In this document: in pieces, positions 1 through 11,000 of the stretch
How positions within the stretch are numbered: the first letter of the stretch is position 1
Layout of the letters: each line of letters opens with the position of its first letter
From: Candidatus Poribacteria bacterium
Lineage (GTDB): Bacteria > Poribacteria > WGA-4E > WGA-3G
Direction: 5' to 3'
Length of the DNA stretch: 64,000 nt
Assembly: GCA_965214095.1 (NCBI GenBank)
Contig: OZ243938.1
Span: 3,008,001 to 3,072,000, forward strand
The notes under the pieces: generated by a model
Seen by the model: only the letters and a program-made list of their open reading frames with translations
The model's database searches: none
What the model was told of the DNA's origin: nothing
Made by a program: the position numbers and the translations under genes

Positions 1-792
1 CATGATTTCGCTGATGGTAATCGGTCTAGATGGATCCTGCACAATTGGTAGTTCCGGAGGTATTTTTAATATTGTATTTGAACCAAGGATACCGACAGAA
101 CTAATGTCGTTCTCATCGCCATAGTAAGTTTTTTGGACCTCAAGAAGACTCGCGTCTGCGGCGGAAACCCAACTCTCCTTTTTTGTGCCGTCAAGTGCGA
201 CACCGTTGTCATAAACGCGAAGGAGTGATGTCCGATTGCCTGCTCGGATTCTACCCCTGTTGTAATAGTAAGGTAAATTCCATAAAGTTGTATTTCCGTC
301 ATAGTTTCTAACCTTATCAACAACGTTCCCCTCATCATCAGTTAAGCTAAGAGAAAAGCCTTCCGCACTGAGGAAGGTATCCCAAAAACTAATATCTAAC
401 CCGCCTCGCCACCGAAGTGCGAATATTTGGTCATCCATGAAACCACCTGAGTTGTTACTATCTTCGTCTACAACAATTATGAGTGTATCATTCGGCCATA
501 TCCGTGGTGCCTCACCCCGAAACTCGTCTTCAAATACAATAGTCCCATTTTCTGGACCGATAAGGTCCACTGAATTTACATTTTGAAAAGTCAGTTTCCA
601 ACCTGTCATATTAACAGGGGTTGTCCCGGTATTGGATATCTCTATCCATTGGTGTGGCGTATGACTTGGCTCCGAACCATACATGATTTCACTGATGGTA
701 ACTTCGCTATAAGTTGTTTCTGTGATAAAACATAAACACATCAGCATCAGAATAACCGCAATGTTTATTTTTTTTATAACTATTGATTTCAT
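1..792 (-). CDS. Secreted lamin-tail-domain(LTD)-like protein, truncated by the window edge (not in the ORF track)
   Basis: ATG at 790-792 with GGAG upstream. The frame is open to base 1: MKSIVIKK...signal peptide, then VTISEIMYGSEP...QWIEISNTG, and a second 'PITISEIM' domain starts at the edge. Clear paralog of 872-1744. Confidence 0.8.
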   Translation of the reverse strand, partial: MKSIVIKKINIAVILMLMCLCFITETTYSEVTISEIMYGSEPSHTPHQWIEISNTGTTPVNMTGWKLTFQNVNSVDLIGPENGTIVFEDEFRGEAPRIWPNDTLIIVVDEDSNNSGGFMDDQIFALRWRGGLDISFWDTFLSAEGFSLSLTDDEGNVVDKVRNYDGNTTLWNLPYYYNRGRIRAGNRTSLLRVYDNGVALDGTKKESWVSAADASLLEVQKTYYGDENDISSVGILGSNTILKIPPELPIVQDPSRPITISEIM

Positions 793-810
793 TTTAAACT
801 CCTATATTTA

Positions 811-853
811 AAAAGGAATTGGTTTTATGATTTAGATGTAACCAATTCCTTTT
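811..853. terminator. 14-bp inverted repeat, terminator-like hairpin between the LTD genes
   Basis: AAAAGGAATTGGTT (811-824) and AACCAATTCCTTTT (840-853). Confidence 0.55.
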
Positions 854-871
854 ATCGTGTAGACGATTGAA

Positions 872-1744
872 CTATTCACCTATTTCCGGACCGAGAATAC
901 CGGGTGAACTAATATCGTTCTCATCACCATAATAGGTGAGTTGGTCTTCAGCTAGATTTGCATCTGCTGCGGAAACCCAGCTATCTTCAAGTGTGCCATC
1001 AAGCGCGCTACCATTACTATAGCGGCGAATGAGTGATGTCCGACTACCTGTTCGGGTTTTTCCTCTGTTATTACCGTAAGGTAAATCCCAAAGCGTTGTA
1101 GTCCTGTCATAGTTTCCTGCTTCATCTACCAAGTTGCCGTCAGCATCAGTCAATGTTATACGGAAGCCTTCTGCGCTTAGCCACGTATCCCAGAAACCAA
1201 TGTCTAAGTTGTCTTTTCGCACACCTTCTATCCATCTGAGATCGTAAACCTGATCCTCCATGAAGCCTCCTGAGTTATCATCAGTGGCAGATGTCACTAT
1301 CATGAGAACGTCATTTGGCCATATCCGTGGGGCATCCTCAAATGTGGTATCTATAAAATTGATTGTCGCCGTCACAGGTCCGGTTAGGTCTTCCGAGTCT
1401 ACATTTTGAATTGTCATTGTCCATCCTGTAAGATCAACTATCTCTGTCCCAGTGTTGGATATCTCTATCCATTGTTTTGGTGAAAAGCTTTGCTCCGAAC
1501 CATACATGATTTCACTAATAGTAACTGGAGTGGACGTTTCCTGCATTACTGGCGGTTGTTGCGGTGTTTCTACCACTGGTGGAGGATCAGGCGTTTCTAT
1601 TATCGGTGGTTGTTGCGGTGTTTCCTGCATGTCATCAACCGGCATGACCGGATCTATCATTTGCTTTGCTTGATCACATGATATGAAGGCAAAACAACAG
1701 ATCAGAATTGTTAGTATAAAGTACTGGTAACTAAACTTTTGCAT
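872..1744 (-). CDS. LTD-like lipoprotein with a Pro/Gln-rich repeated linker
   Basis: Lipobox-like FISC, ETPQQPP-type repeats, LTD signature ISEIMY...WIEISN...DLTGW, AGGAG RBS. Confidence 0.8.
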   Translation of the reverse strand: MQKFSYQYFILTILICCFAFISCDQAKQMIDPVMPVDDMQETPQQPPIIETPDPPPVVETPQQPPVMQETSTPVTISEIMYGSEQSFSPKQWIEISNTGTEIVDLTGWTMTIQNVDSEDLTGPVTATINFIDTTFEDAPRIWPNDVLMIVTSATDDNSGGFMEDQVYDLRWIEGVRKDNLDIGFWDTWLSAEGFRITLTDADGNLVDEAGNYDRTTTLWDLPYGNNRGKTRTGSRTSLIRRYSNGSALDGTLEDSWVSAADANLAEDQLTYYGDENDISSPGILGPEIGE

Positions 1745-1781
1745 TTTATTGCTCCTTATATTATTTATTAGGATTTTATCT

Positions 1782-1884
1782 TATAGTAGATTTTGAAATT
1801 ACTTGAACACTCTGCATAGGCGAGGTTAGGAAACCTCGCCTACCGTGGGTCGAAAGTGTCAACTTATATTTATAATTCACTATA
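1782..1884 (+). mobile_element. 103-bp MITE-like element, family A copy 1 (TATAGT...ACTATA ends, central REP-like hairpin)
   Basis: Near-identical to 45482-45584 and similar to the inverted copy at 13907-14009. Internal hairpin GGCGAGGTT-AGGA-AACCTCGCC followed by CTAC. Confidence 0.75.
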
Positions 1885-1934
1885 ATGATGATCAATAGTC
1901 GTGGGAACCCTTTTAACCACTTACTACTGTGATT

Positions 1935-1957
1935 ATGCTTCTAAAGTTTAGAAGCAT
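1935..1957. repeat. 11-bp perfect palindrome downstream of the 3845-aa gene (terminator or operator)
   Basis: ATGCTTCTAAA-G-TTTAGAAGCAT. Confidence 0.4.
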
Positions 1958-2067
1958 GTTTGGTGTTGAGCCCATAGTCTATAGGTTGTGTAGAACTTTA
2001 AAACTCAACATTTCATTCTATTAGACAAAAGTGTAATGGCTAAATGCTGATAGCTGACAACCATTTC

Positions 2068-5000
2068 CTACTTCCGTATCAACATTTTGCGCGTAGCAGT
2101 AAAATCACCTGCTTTGAGTGTGTAGAAATAGACACCTGCCGCGACCTTCTCACCAATTTGGTTTCTGCCATTCCAATGGATAGCACGAGAACGACTGGTA
2201 TACACACCCGCTGCTTTCTGTCCTAATTTCAACTGCCGAACTACAACACCACGCATATTGTAAATTGTCAAGGTTACATCCGCATCTGTGGAGAGTTGAT
2301 AAGGTATCCACGTTTCTGGATTGAACGGATTTGGGAAGTTCGCTAAAAGAGTTGTTTCTGATGGAACAGCGGGGAGTGCAGGTGCTCCGTTATCATCCTC
2401 TTCAGGGATTCTAACACCAAAAATCTCTATGCCCGGATTATTTGCTTTGAGTCTACGGAGTTGCTCAAAATCCTCTATTGGATTGTTGTATACGTTAAGA
2501 TATGTGAGTGCGCTGAGGTTATCAAAGATACCATCAGGGAATGACACTATACCGTTGGCGTGCAGAAAGAGTGAAGTCAACGCGCTGAGATTGTCAAAGA
2601 TACCCTCTGGCAACGAACTCAAGCTGTTGCTGCCCAGAGTAAGAAATGAAAGCGCACTGAGATTGTCAAAGACATCAGCCTGCAATGAACTCAAACCGTT
2701 GCCGCCCAACCTGAGTGCTGTCAACGAGGTACAATTGTCAAAGATACCATCTGGTAATGAACTCACTTGATTATTAAACATCCAAAATTCTATCAACTCA
2801 GCGAGATTGTCAAAGATACCATCTGGCAATGAACTTAAACTGTTGTAGCCTATATTGAGATATGTTAGTTTTGTGAGATTGTCAAAGACACCCGTAGGCA
2901 ATGAACTCAAAGGGGTATTGGACCAAAATCCCCTCAGTGTAAGAGTTGTCAGCGAAGTAAGATCGTCGAATATACCATCTGGCAATGAACTCAAACTGTG
3001 GTCAGACATAGAGAGTGCCGTGAGTCCTGTGAGTCCATCAAAATCACCGATTTTCAAGGTGCTGAGGGACGGCTGCGAATGACCGCTATAAGACAAAGAC
3101 TTAATGCTTGCAAGATGTGTTTCGGTCACATCTCCGGCAGATTCTACTCCTGCTGCTCTCACTATAATATCGCGAATTACCGATGTACGTTCACTCACTG
3201 GTGTAAATCCAACAGTAGAGGCGGGTTCATTGTTCGTGTCAGTGTCGGTGACGCTTTCACCATTTTCATCGGTATCAGTATCTGTTGACGTTCCATCTTC
3301 ACTTGTAACAACTTCGGCAACATCTGTGACGTTGATGGTAACTTCTATCGTAGCAGTAAGACTACCGTCTGAGGCAGTAATTGTAACTGTATAAGTGGTT
3401 TTGGTTTCGTAGTCAAGTGCTGCTTTTGTTTTTAGTTGTCCGGTGCTGCTATCAATATCAAATGCACTTGCATCCGTGCCATCGAGGGTATAAGTCAACG
3501 TATCGTTATCCGCATCTGTGGCGGACACTGCCAAACCGATGTCTACACTGGAGGATGTATTCTCAACGACTGTGCGTGTTGCAGTTTCCCCGTCTGTGAA
3601 CACAGGCGCGTTGTTTGTAGAAACTTCTTCAACTTCCTCTGGGTCTATAGGCAATTCATCTACATTGGTTACATTGATCGTAACAGTGATGGATGTATTG
3701 AGTTTCCCATCAGAAACAGTGATTGTTACCGAATAGATGGTTTTAGTTTCATAGTCAAGTGCAGCACTTGTTTTCAACTGTCCGGTTTCGGTATCAATAC
3801 CGAACGCTGCAGCATCTTGTCCACTGAGACTATAGGTTAACGTGTCGCCATCTACATCGGTAGCACTGTATGCTGTGCCGATGTTTGTCCCTGCTACCGT
3901 ATTCTCTGCCACAGTATGTGTTGTTAGACTGTCAGCAGCAAATACTGGTGCTTCGTTGACATTGGAGATATTGATTGTAACTGCAATTGTCCCCGTTGCA
4001 ATACTATCAGAAACGGTTAGCGTAACCGAATAAGCGTTTTTAGTTTCATAGTCAAGAGCTACCTTTGTTGTGAGTTGTCCAGTTGTGCTATCAATATCAA
4101 ACGCTGCTGCATCCGTCCCACTCAACGTATATGTCAGGGTGTCAGCTGTATTAACATCGGTTGCGGTTATAGCATCACCGATATTTGTGCCTATTGCTGT
4201 ATTCTCCAAGATTGTGCGGGTTGTGCTTGCACCTTCTGTGAATACCGGTGGCGAGTTCAATGGCGGCAGCACTTCCAACGGCAAGGTACGAGATTTGAGA
4301 AGATTATATCCGTTGTGATTTGAAGGTAGCCGCGGTAATGCAGTACCGATATCCACTGTAACAGCAGCGACGGTACCTGCCGTGCGCGTGATTGTCAACG
4401 GTTGACTTTCAACCGCGCCTATCGGAATCGTCATAGTCGTTGCCCCACCTGCTAAAACGCCATTCTCAATCTGGACTGGGATTGTCATCGTAAATGGTGC
4501 CCCACTGGGGACAACAGCTTTAACACTGTTTGTTCCTACCTTCTGAAGCGATATTCTTAACGTCAACAGTGTATTTGCGTTCGGGTTCAAACTCAGATGG
4601 AGCTGACTTAGCTGCGTCAGACCTTCAAAAATCCCAGCTGTTAATGATGTTAGTTTGTTGTTTGATAACGAAAGCGAAGTTAGCGATGACAATCCACTGA
4701 ATATATCTCCCGGTAGGTATGTCAGTTCGTTGTTTTTCAGAGATAATGAAGTAAGCGCGGACAACCCGGTAAAAACACTGCTTGGCAATGAGTTCAAATC
4801 GTTATCAAATATATCAAGGTGTGTCAGTGAGGTTAATTTGCTAAAGATACCACTTGGCAAAGTCGTCAACTTGTTTTCATTGAGTGATAAGAAAGTCAGC
4901 GATACCAAGTCGTCAAAAATGTTGTTTGGTAGACTGGTGAGTTCGTTGTTCTCCAGGTAAAGCGTTCTGAGGGAGACCATGCCATCAAAATCACCAGTTT

Positions 5001-8000
5001 GCAAGGATGTAATTGCGGAACCTGACAGATCAAGTCGTGTAATGGTAGCGAGGTCAACCTCTGTAACATCGCTGCAGTCGCTCACGCCAACCGCCGCTGC
5101 AATCGCATCTGCCACTTCGGTAGTGCGGTTACAAACTGTGAATTGTGTAAGCGTATAGCCGAAATGACCTTGTGGTATACTGGGAAATGTCCCGAAAGAC
5201 ACTTTAGCGGCAGTGCCTATCACTGTAAATGAGGTGCTTTCTGCCCTCCCTTGTGGAATCGTAACGCTCGTTATGCCGCTACTAATACTTCCGTCCGTGA
5301 CAGTGATCGGCAACACCATACTAAACGGTGCTCCTGTCGTAATCACTGCCTTGAACTGACCTGTGCCGACACTTTGGAGGGATACGAAAAGCGGTAGTGG
5401 GTCAACAACGTTGTCCCCTAATCGCAGGGTTGACAATGCTGTTAATCCATCAAATATCCCTGGTGGTAGTTCGGAGAGTTGGTTTCTAAACAGATTGAGG
5501 TCTGTCAGTGCTATCATTCCAGAGAAATCACCTGTTTTGAGCGATAAAATACCCTTACTGCGTAGATTGAGACTTGTAATAGCAGCGACCTGTGATTCGG
5601 TAACAGTTGCAGCATCTGTCACGTTCGGTACTGCATCAACGATTGCATCTCGCACCTGCGCCGTGCGATCCGCAACAGGCACAAACCCGGAACTTAGGAC
5701 AGTATCGTTCACATCAATCACACTGATAATCACTGTGGTCGTATCCGATAGTTCATCATCAGCGGCGGTGATGGTAACTGAATAGACGCGTTTGCTTTCA
5801 TAGTCAAGCGATGCTTCTGTTTTGAGTTGACCTGTTGTGCTATCAACATCAAATGAGGCGGCATCTATACCACCGAGCGAATATGTCAACGTATCGTTAT
5901 TTGCGTCCGTTGCGTTCACGGGATTTCCGATGTTAGTGCCAGCAGCCGTATTTTCGGAGACAACACGGGTCGTGCTTTCACCATCTGTAAATGTTGGTGC
6001 GACGTTTGTCGTTGGTGGATCAACTACTACGGCTTCGTCTATATCGGTAATGTTAATGGTAACCGTGATTGTATCCGTGAGACTGCCATCCGAAACTGTA
6101 ATTGTAACGGTATAAGTGTTCTTTGTTTCATAGTCAAGAGTTGTCTTCGTTTTTAGTTGTCCGGTGCTGCTATCAATATCAAACGCACTTGCATCCGTGC
6201 CACTGAGTGTGTAGGTCAAGGTATCGTTTTCGGTGTCTGTGGCAGCGATCGGTGTGCCGATGTTGGTGGTAGCAACAGTGTTTTCTGTTACAGTGCGCGT
6301 GATTGCGGTGCCATCCGTAAATACGGGAGCAGTGTTGATACTTGTGATAACTGCTAACGGTAGGTCATCAGGTTTTACCAGTGCGTAACCGAAGTGGTTG
6401 CGCGGTAGACTCGGTAAGGTCCCAATATCAATGGTGACATCCGCGGTTGTGCCAGCGGTGCGTGTTACGGTGAGGGTCTCGCTTTCGGTGCTGCCTTGCG
6501 GAATTGTGAGTGACGATGCATCGCCCGTGATGCTACCGTTGCTAACAGTGATTGGCAGGACGAAATCAAACGTCGCCCCCGTGGGGACAACCGCTTTGAA
6601 CTGACCTTCTGCAACCTTTTCCAATGATACGGTAACAGGAAGTGGATCAACTGTATTGCGTGCTAACCGGATCGTTGTCAGTGATGTCAACCCTTCAAAT
6701 ATGCCATCAGGTAGGCTGCTCAATTGGTTGTTAAACAGATTGAGATTTATCAGTGCGGTTAGTCCGGAAAAAATACCTGAAGGTAGAGAAGTTAATTGAT
6801 TATTATTGAGACGGAGGTCTTCTAAACCGGTAAGTCCATCAAAATCTCCTGATTTCAGAGTAGTAATATTTTTGTTATTCAGATATAACGCTGTCGGTGA
6901 AGCAATGTGTGTAGCAGTAATCTCCGCGTAGGTGGAGACATTCGGATAGTCTAAACGGACGACACCGAGGATTGCCTGTGCTACTTGTGATGTTCGGTCA
7001 CCAACAGGGGTAATGTAAACAACTACCGGTGCGGTTGCTGTCGCAGTAAATGTAATCGTCTGTGTGACACCCGGCACACTAACGCTAACGGTATTTGTGC
7101 CAGCAGTATCGCCAAGTGTCAATGTGGTTTGTGCCCTACCGTTTGCATCGGTTGTAGTGTTTGTTGCACTGAGTGTGCCACCACCTGCTGTAATAGCAAA
7201 AGTGACAGGCACTCCCGCAAAAATGACACTACCTGAATCTTTCACTTCAACGATAAATGGCTGTGTTAGTGTTGCGCCGGTTTCACCGGATTGTGTATCA
7301 CCAGATATTTTCACTGGTGTGGTGGCTACTCGGTTGTCAAAGTCAATATACACATCTTTCGCTTGTAGCGCGGGTATGTGTGTATAGATAGACGGATAAT
7401 TCAACGGATTACCACGTATATCAATTTCGGTGGACTCTCCAAGCCCAGTATTTCCGACTAAAGGCGATAGATCGGAGACGCTATTATTTTGAAAATACAA
7501 CTCTACCAGTGACGTTAGATTTTGAACAGCGGATATATTGGATATTTGGTTGTTCGGCATATCTAACCATTCAAGGTTCGTTAGGTTCTGAACAGGTGTT
7601 ATATCTGATATTGTGTTACTGCCGATGCGTAGTTCTGTGAGGTTTGTTAATCCCGTTATCGCTGAAATGTCCGTTATAGTGTTTTCATTCAGATATAACT
7701 GCGTCAGGTTTGTTAAGTTTGAAACTGTACCTATATTTGTGATACTGTTTTCACCGAGTCGCAGCTGCATCAGACTTATCAATCCAGATAAGTCAGAGAT
7801 ATCTGAGACAGTGTTTCCCCACAGGTATAACGTTGTTAGGTTGGTTAATCCGGATAAGTCGGACAGTGTCGTAATCTGGTTGTCCCAGAGTTGTAACTCG
7901 GTGAGTTTTGTCAAGTTCGCAAGTGCCGAGATGTCAACTATTGCATTGTTGCCAAGTTTCAACGTTGTTAGGTTGGTAGCCGTCTCAAGCCCGGTTAAAT

Positions 8001-11000
8001 CGCTAATAGAACTGTCCTGTCCGTTAAGTGAAGTGAGCGTTTCCATCTCTGTAATGGTAATAGTGTCACCCGATGATTTATTGAGGGCATCTTCTATTTT
8101 AGTGCGGAGATTGCTATCAGGGATATTGATACCTGAGGCTATTGATTCTTGTGTTCTATCTCCGATTTGTTCTATCTGCCAAGCATCGTTCTCAACGGCT
8201 TTTGCCTCGAATCGGTAGGTCTTACCGTTGACAGTTGAAATGACACTCATTGAATCGTTAGTAGATATTCTATTTACAACCGTGGCAAGCCAATCCGGTA
8301 ATCCCGGGATGTTCCATTGAGACCTACCATCAGCGATCACAGAGAAAACAGCGTCTGTGTCTGGGTAAGTGCAGCTTTCACCGAGAGTGAGAATATCACC
8401 GACCTTACATACACCTTTGTTGACGAGAACAATTGGGATAACCTCACTGATAACCTCTATAGGCAGATCTGCCGATTTGACAAGGGTATAACCGATATGA
8501 TTTCCAGGTTGACTTCGTAATGTGCCGATATTGACTGTGGTAGCATAGGTCGCACCGGGTGTGCGGGTAACGGTAAGCACTTCGCTTTCCATGCTACCTG
8601 CAGGTATTGTTAGGGTTGTTGCACCACCGCTAATGCTGCCATCGGTAACGCTAATCGGCAGCACCATCTTAAACGGTGCCCCCGTGGATACCACTGCCTT
8701 GAACTGCCCATCCACAACTTTTTCTAATGTGACAGTAAGAGGTAAAGGATCAACAGGGTTTTTATGGATATAGACCGTTGTCAGCAATGACAGACCAGAA
8801 AAGAGACCTTCTGGAATACTCGTCAACCGGTTTTCATGTAAATTTAATACCTTCAACGAAGACAATTCTGAGAACGCACCATTAGCTATACTCGTAATTT
8901 GGTTACGATATAAGGTGATATTATTCAAGTTGGACAGACCCGAAAATGTCTCCGCATCTATGGATGTTATCTGGTTCTGATGTAGGAAGAGACTCGTCAA
9001 CGATGGTAGACTGATAAAGACCTTCGCAGGTAGACTCGTTAATCGGTTGCCATCCAACCGCAGAGATTTCAGTGGGGGCAGACCAGATAAATCGTCCGAC
9101 ACTAAGGAGCTAATCTGGTTTCCATGTAGACTAAGTTCTTCTAACGAGGACAACTGAGAGAATGTATCCCCATCTAACGTCGTAAACTGATTAGCATACA
9201 GATTGAGATGTTTCAGAGCCGGTAGATCAGAAAAGATGTTAGCATCAAAGGTCGTAAACTGGTTGTTTTGCAGTTCAAATGATGTCAGTGACGACAGACC
9301 TTTAAAAACACCTGTTTCAAGTGAGTTTAACTGATTCGAACCAATAGAAAGTGACGTTAGTGATGATAAATCGGAAAATACGCCTTTAGGCAGAGCTGTT
9401 AACCGGTTGTTTGTTAGACTGAGGTAATCAAGTGCTATCAAACCATCAAAGTCGCCCTCTTTCAGTTTTGTGATATTCACACTACTAATGCTCAATCGAA
9501 CAATACCAGCAAGATGTGCTGCGGTTACATCGCTGGCAGAATTCACACTCGGCACCGCCGCAACAATTGCATCACGCACCTGCGGTGTGCGTTCGCTGAC
9601 GGGAGTGCTACCATCAGGAACAAGAATCGGCAGATCAGTAGATTTGACGAGTGCATATCCACTGTGATTTGATGGTAGGCTCGGTAATGTCCCGATATTG
9701 ACGGTAACAGCACCCGTTGTGCCGGGTATGGGCGTTACAGTAAGCACTTCACTTTCCACACTGCCTGCGGGGATCGTGATCGTTGTTACACCACCACTGA
9801 TGATCCCGCTAACGTTAAGTGGTAGGACAATATGAAAAGGTGCCCCCGTGGGTGCCACTGCTTTGAACTGACCATCTGCAACTTTTTGTAACGAAACAAG
9901 AAGAGGCAAAGGGTCAATATCCGAATTCGTAAAACTGAGTAAACTAAGCGATGTCAGCCCTACCAAGATTCCGTTTGGCAAAGAAGTCAATTTGTTGTTA
10001 TATAGATTAAGCTCCTCCAAATTAATGAGATTACCAAAGACACCATCGGGCAAAGAACTTATTTCGTTGCTAGGCAACCAAAGGTCTCTCAACATTGTAA
10101 GATTGTCAAAAATACCAGATGGTAAAGAACTTATCTTATTACGATTTAAATCAAGGCGTTCCAGCTTTGTAAGATTATCGAAAATACCAGATGGCAAGGA
10201 GTGAAAAGAACTACTATCCTCCATATGAAGCGCTGTTAATGCTACGAGATTGTCAAAAATATCATCTGGCAAAGAACGTAAATTGGAACCTTGCAGATTA
10301 AGGCGTTCCAGCTTTGTAAGATTATCAAAAATACCAGATGGCAAAGAACTGTAGTTGTTGAAATCTATTCCAAGGTCTCTCAGCTTTGTAAGATTTTCAA
10401 AGATATCAACTGGGAAAGAACTAATCTTGTTCTGAGCCAGACTAAGCGATGTCAGCGCAGTGAGATCGTCAAAGATATCATCTGGTAAAGAACTTATCTC
10501 GTTGTGAACCAGACTAAGCGATGTTAGCGCAGTGAGATTGTCAAAGTCGCCTTCACCTAGTGCTGTGATGTTCTCATAACTTATAGATAACCGAGTAATA
10601 CCAGCAAGGTGTTCTTCAGTAACATCTGCAGCAGAATTCACACCTGGCACCGCTGCGACGATAGCATCACGCACCTGCGGTGTGCGGTCACTCACAGAAA
10701 GGAATACGCTACCACCCAGTTCTGGGAACGCGAGCGGTAGATCAACGGATTTGACAAGGGAATAACCGGTATGATTTGCTGGTAGACTTGGTAATGTGCC
10801 GATATTGACTGTGGTAGTATCGGTTGCACCGGGGGTGCGGGTCACGGTAAGCACTTCACTTTCCACACTGCCTGTAGGTATTGTTAGGGTTGTTGCACCA
10901 CCCCTAATCCTGGCATCGGTAACACTCAGCGGCACCACAATATCAAAAGGCGCACCCGCGGATGCGACTGCTTTGAACTCTCCATCCAATACCTTCTCCA

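Noticed and set aside
66-338. 90-aa minus-strand ORF
   Set aside because: Out of frame with the real LTD gene at 1-792.
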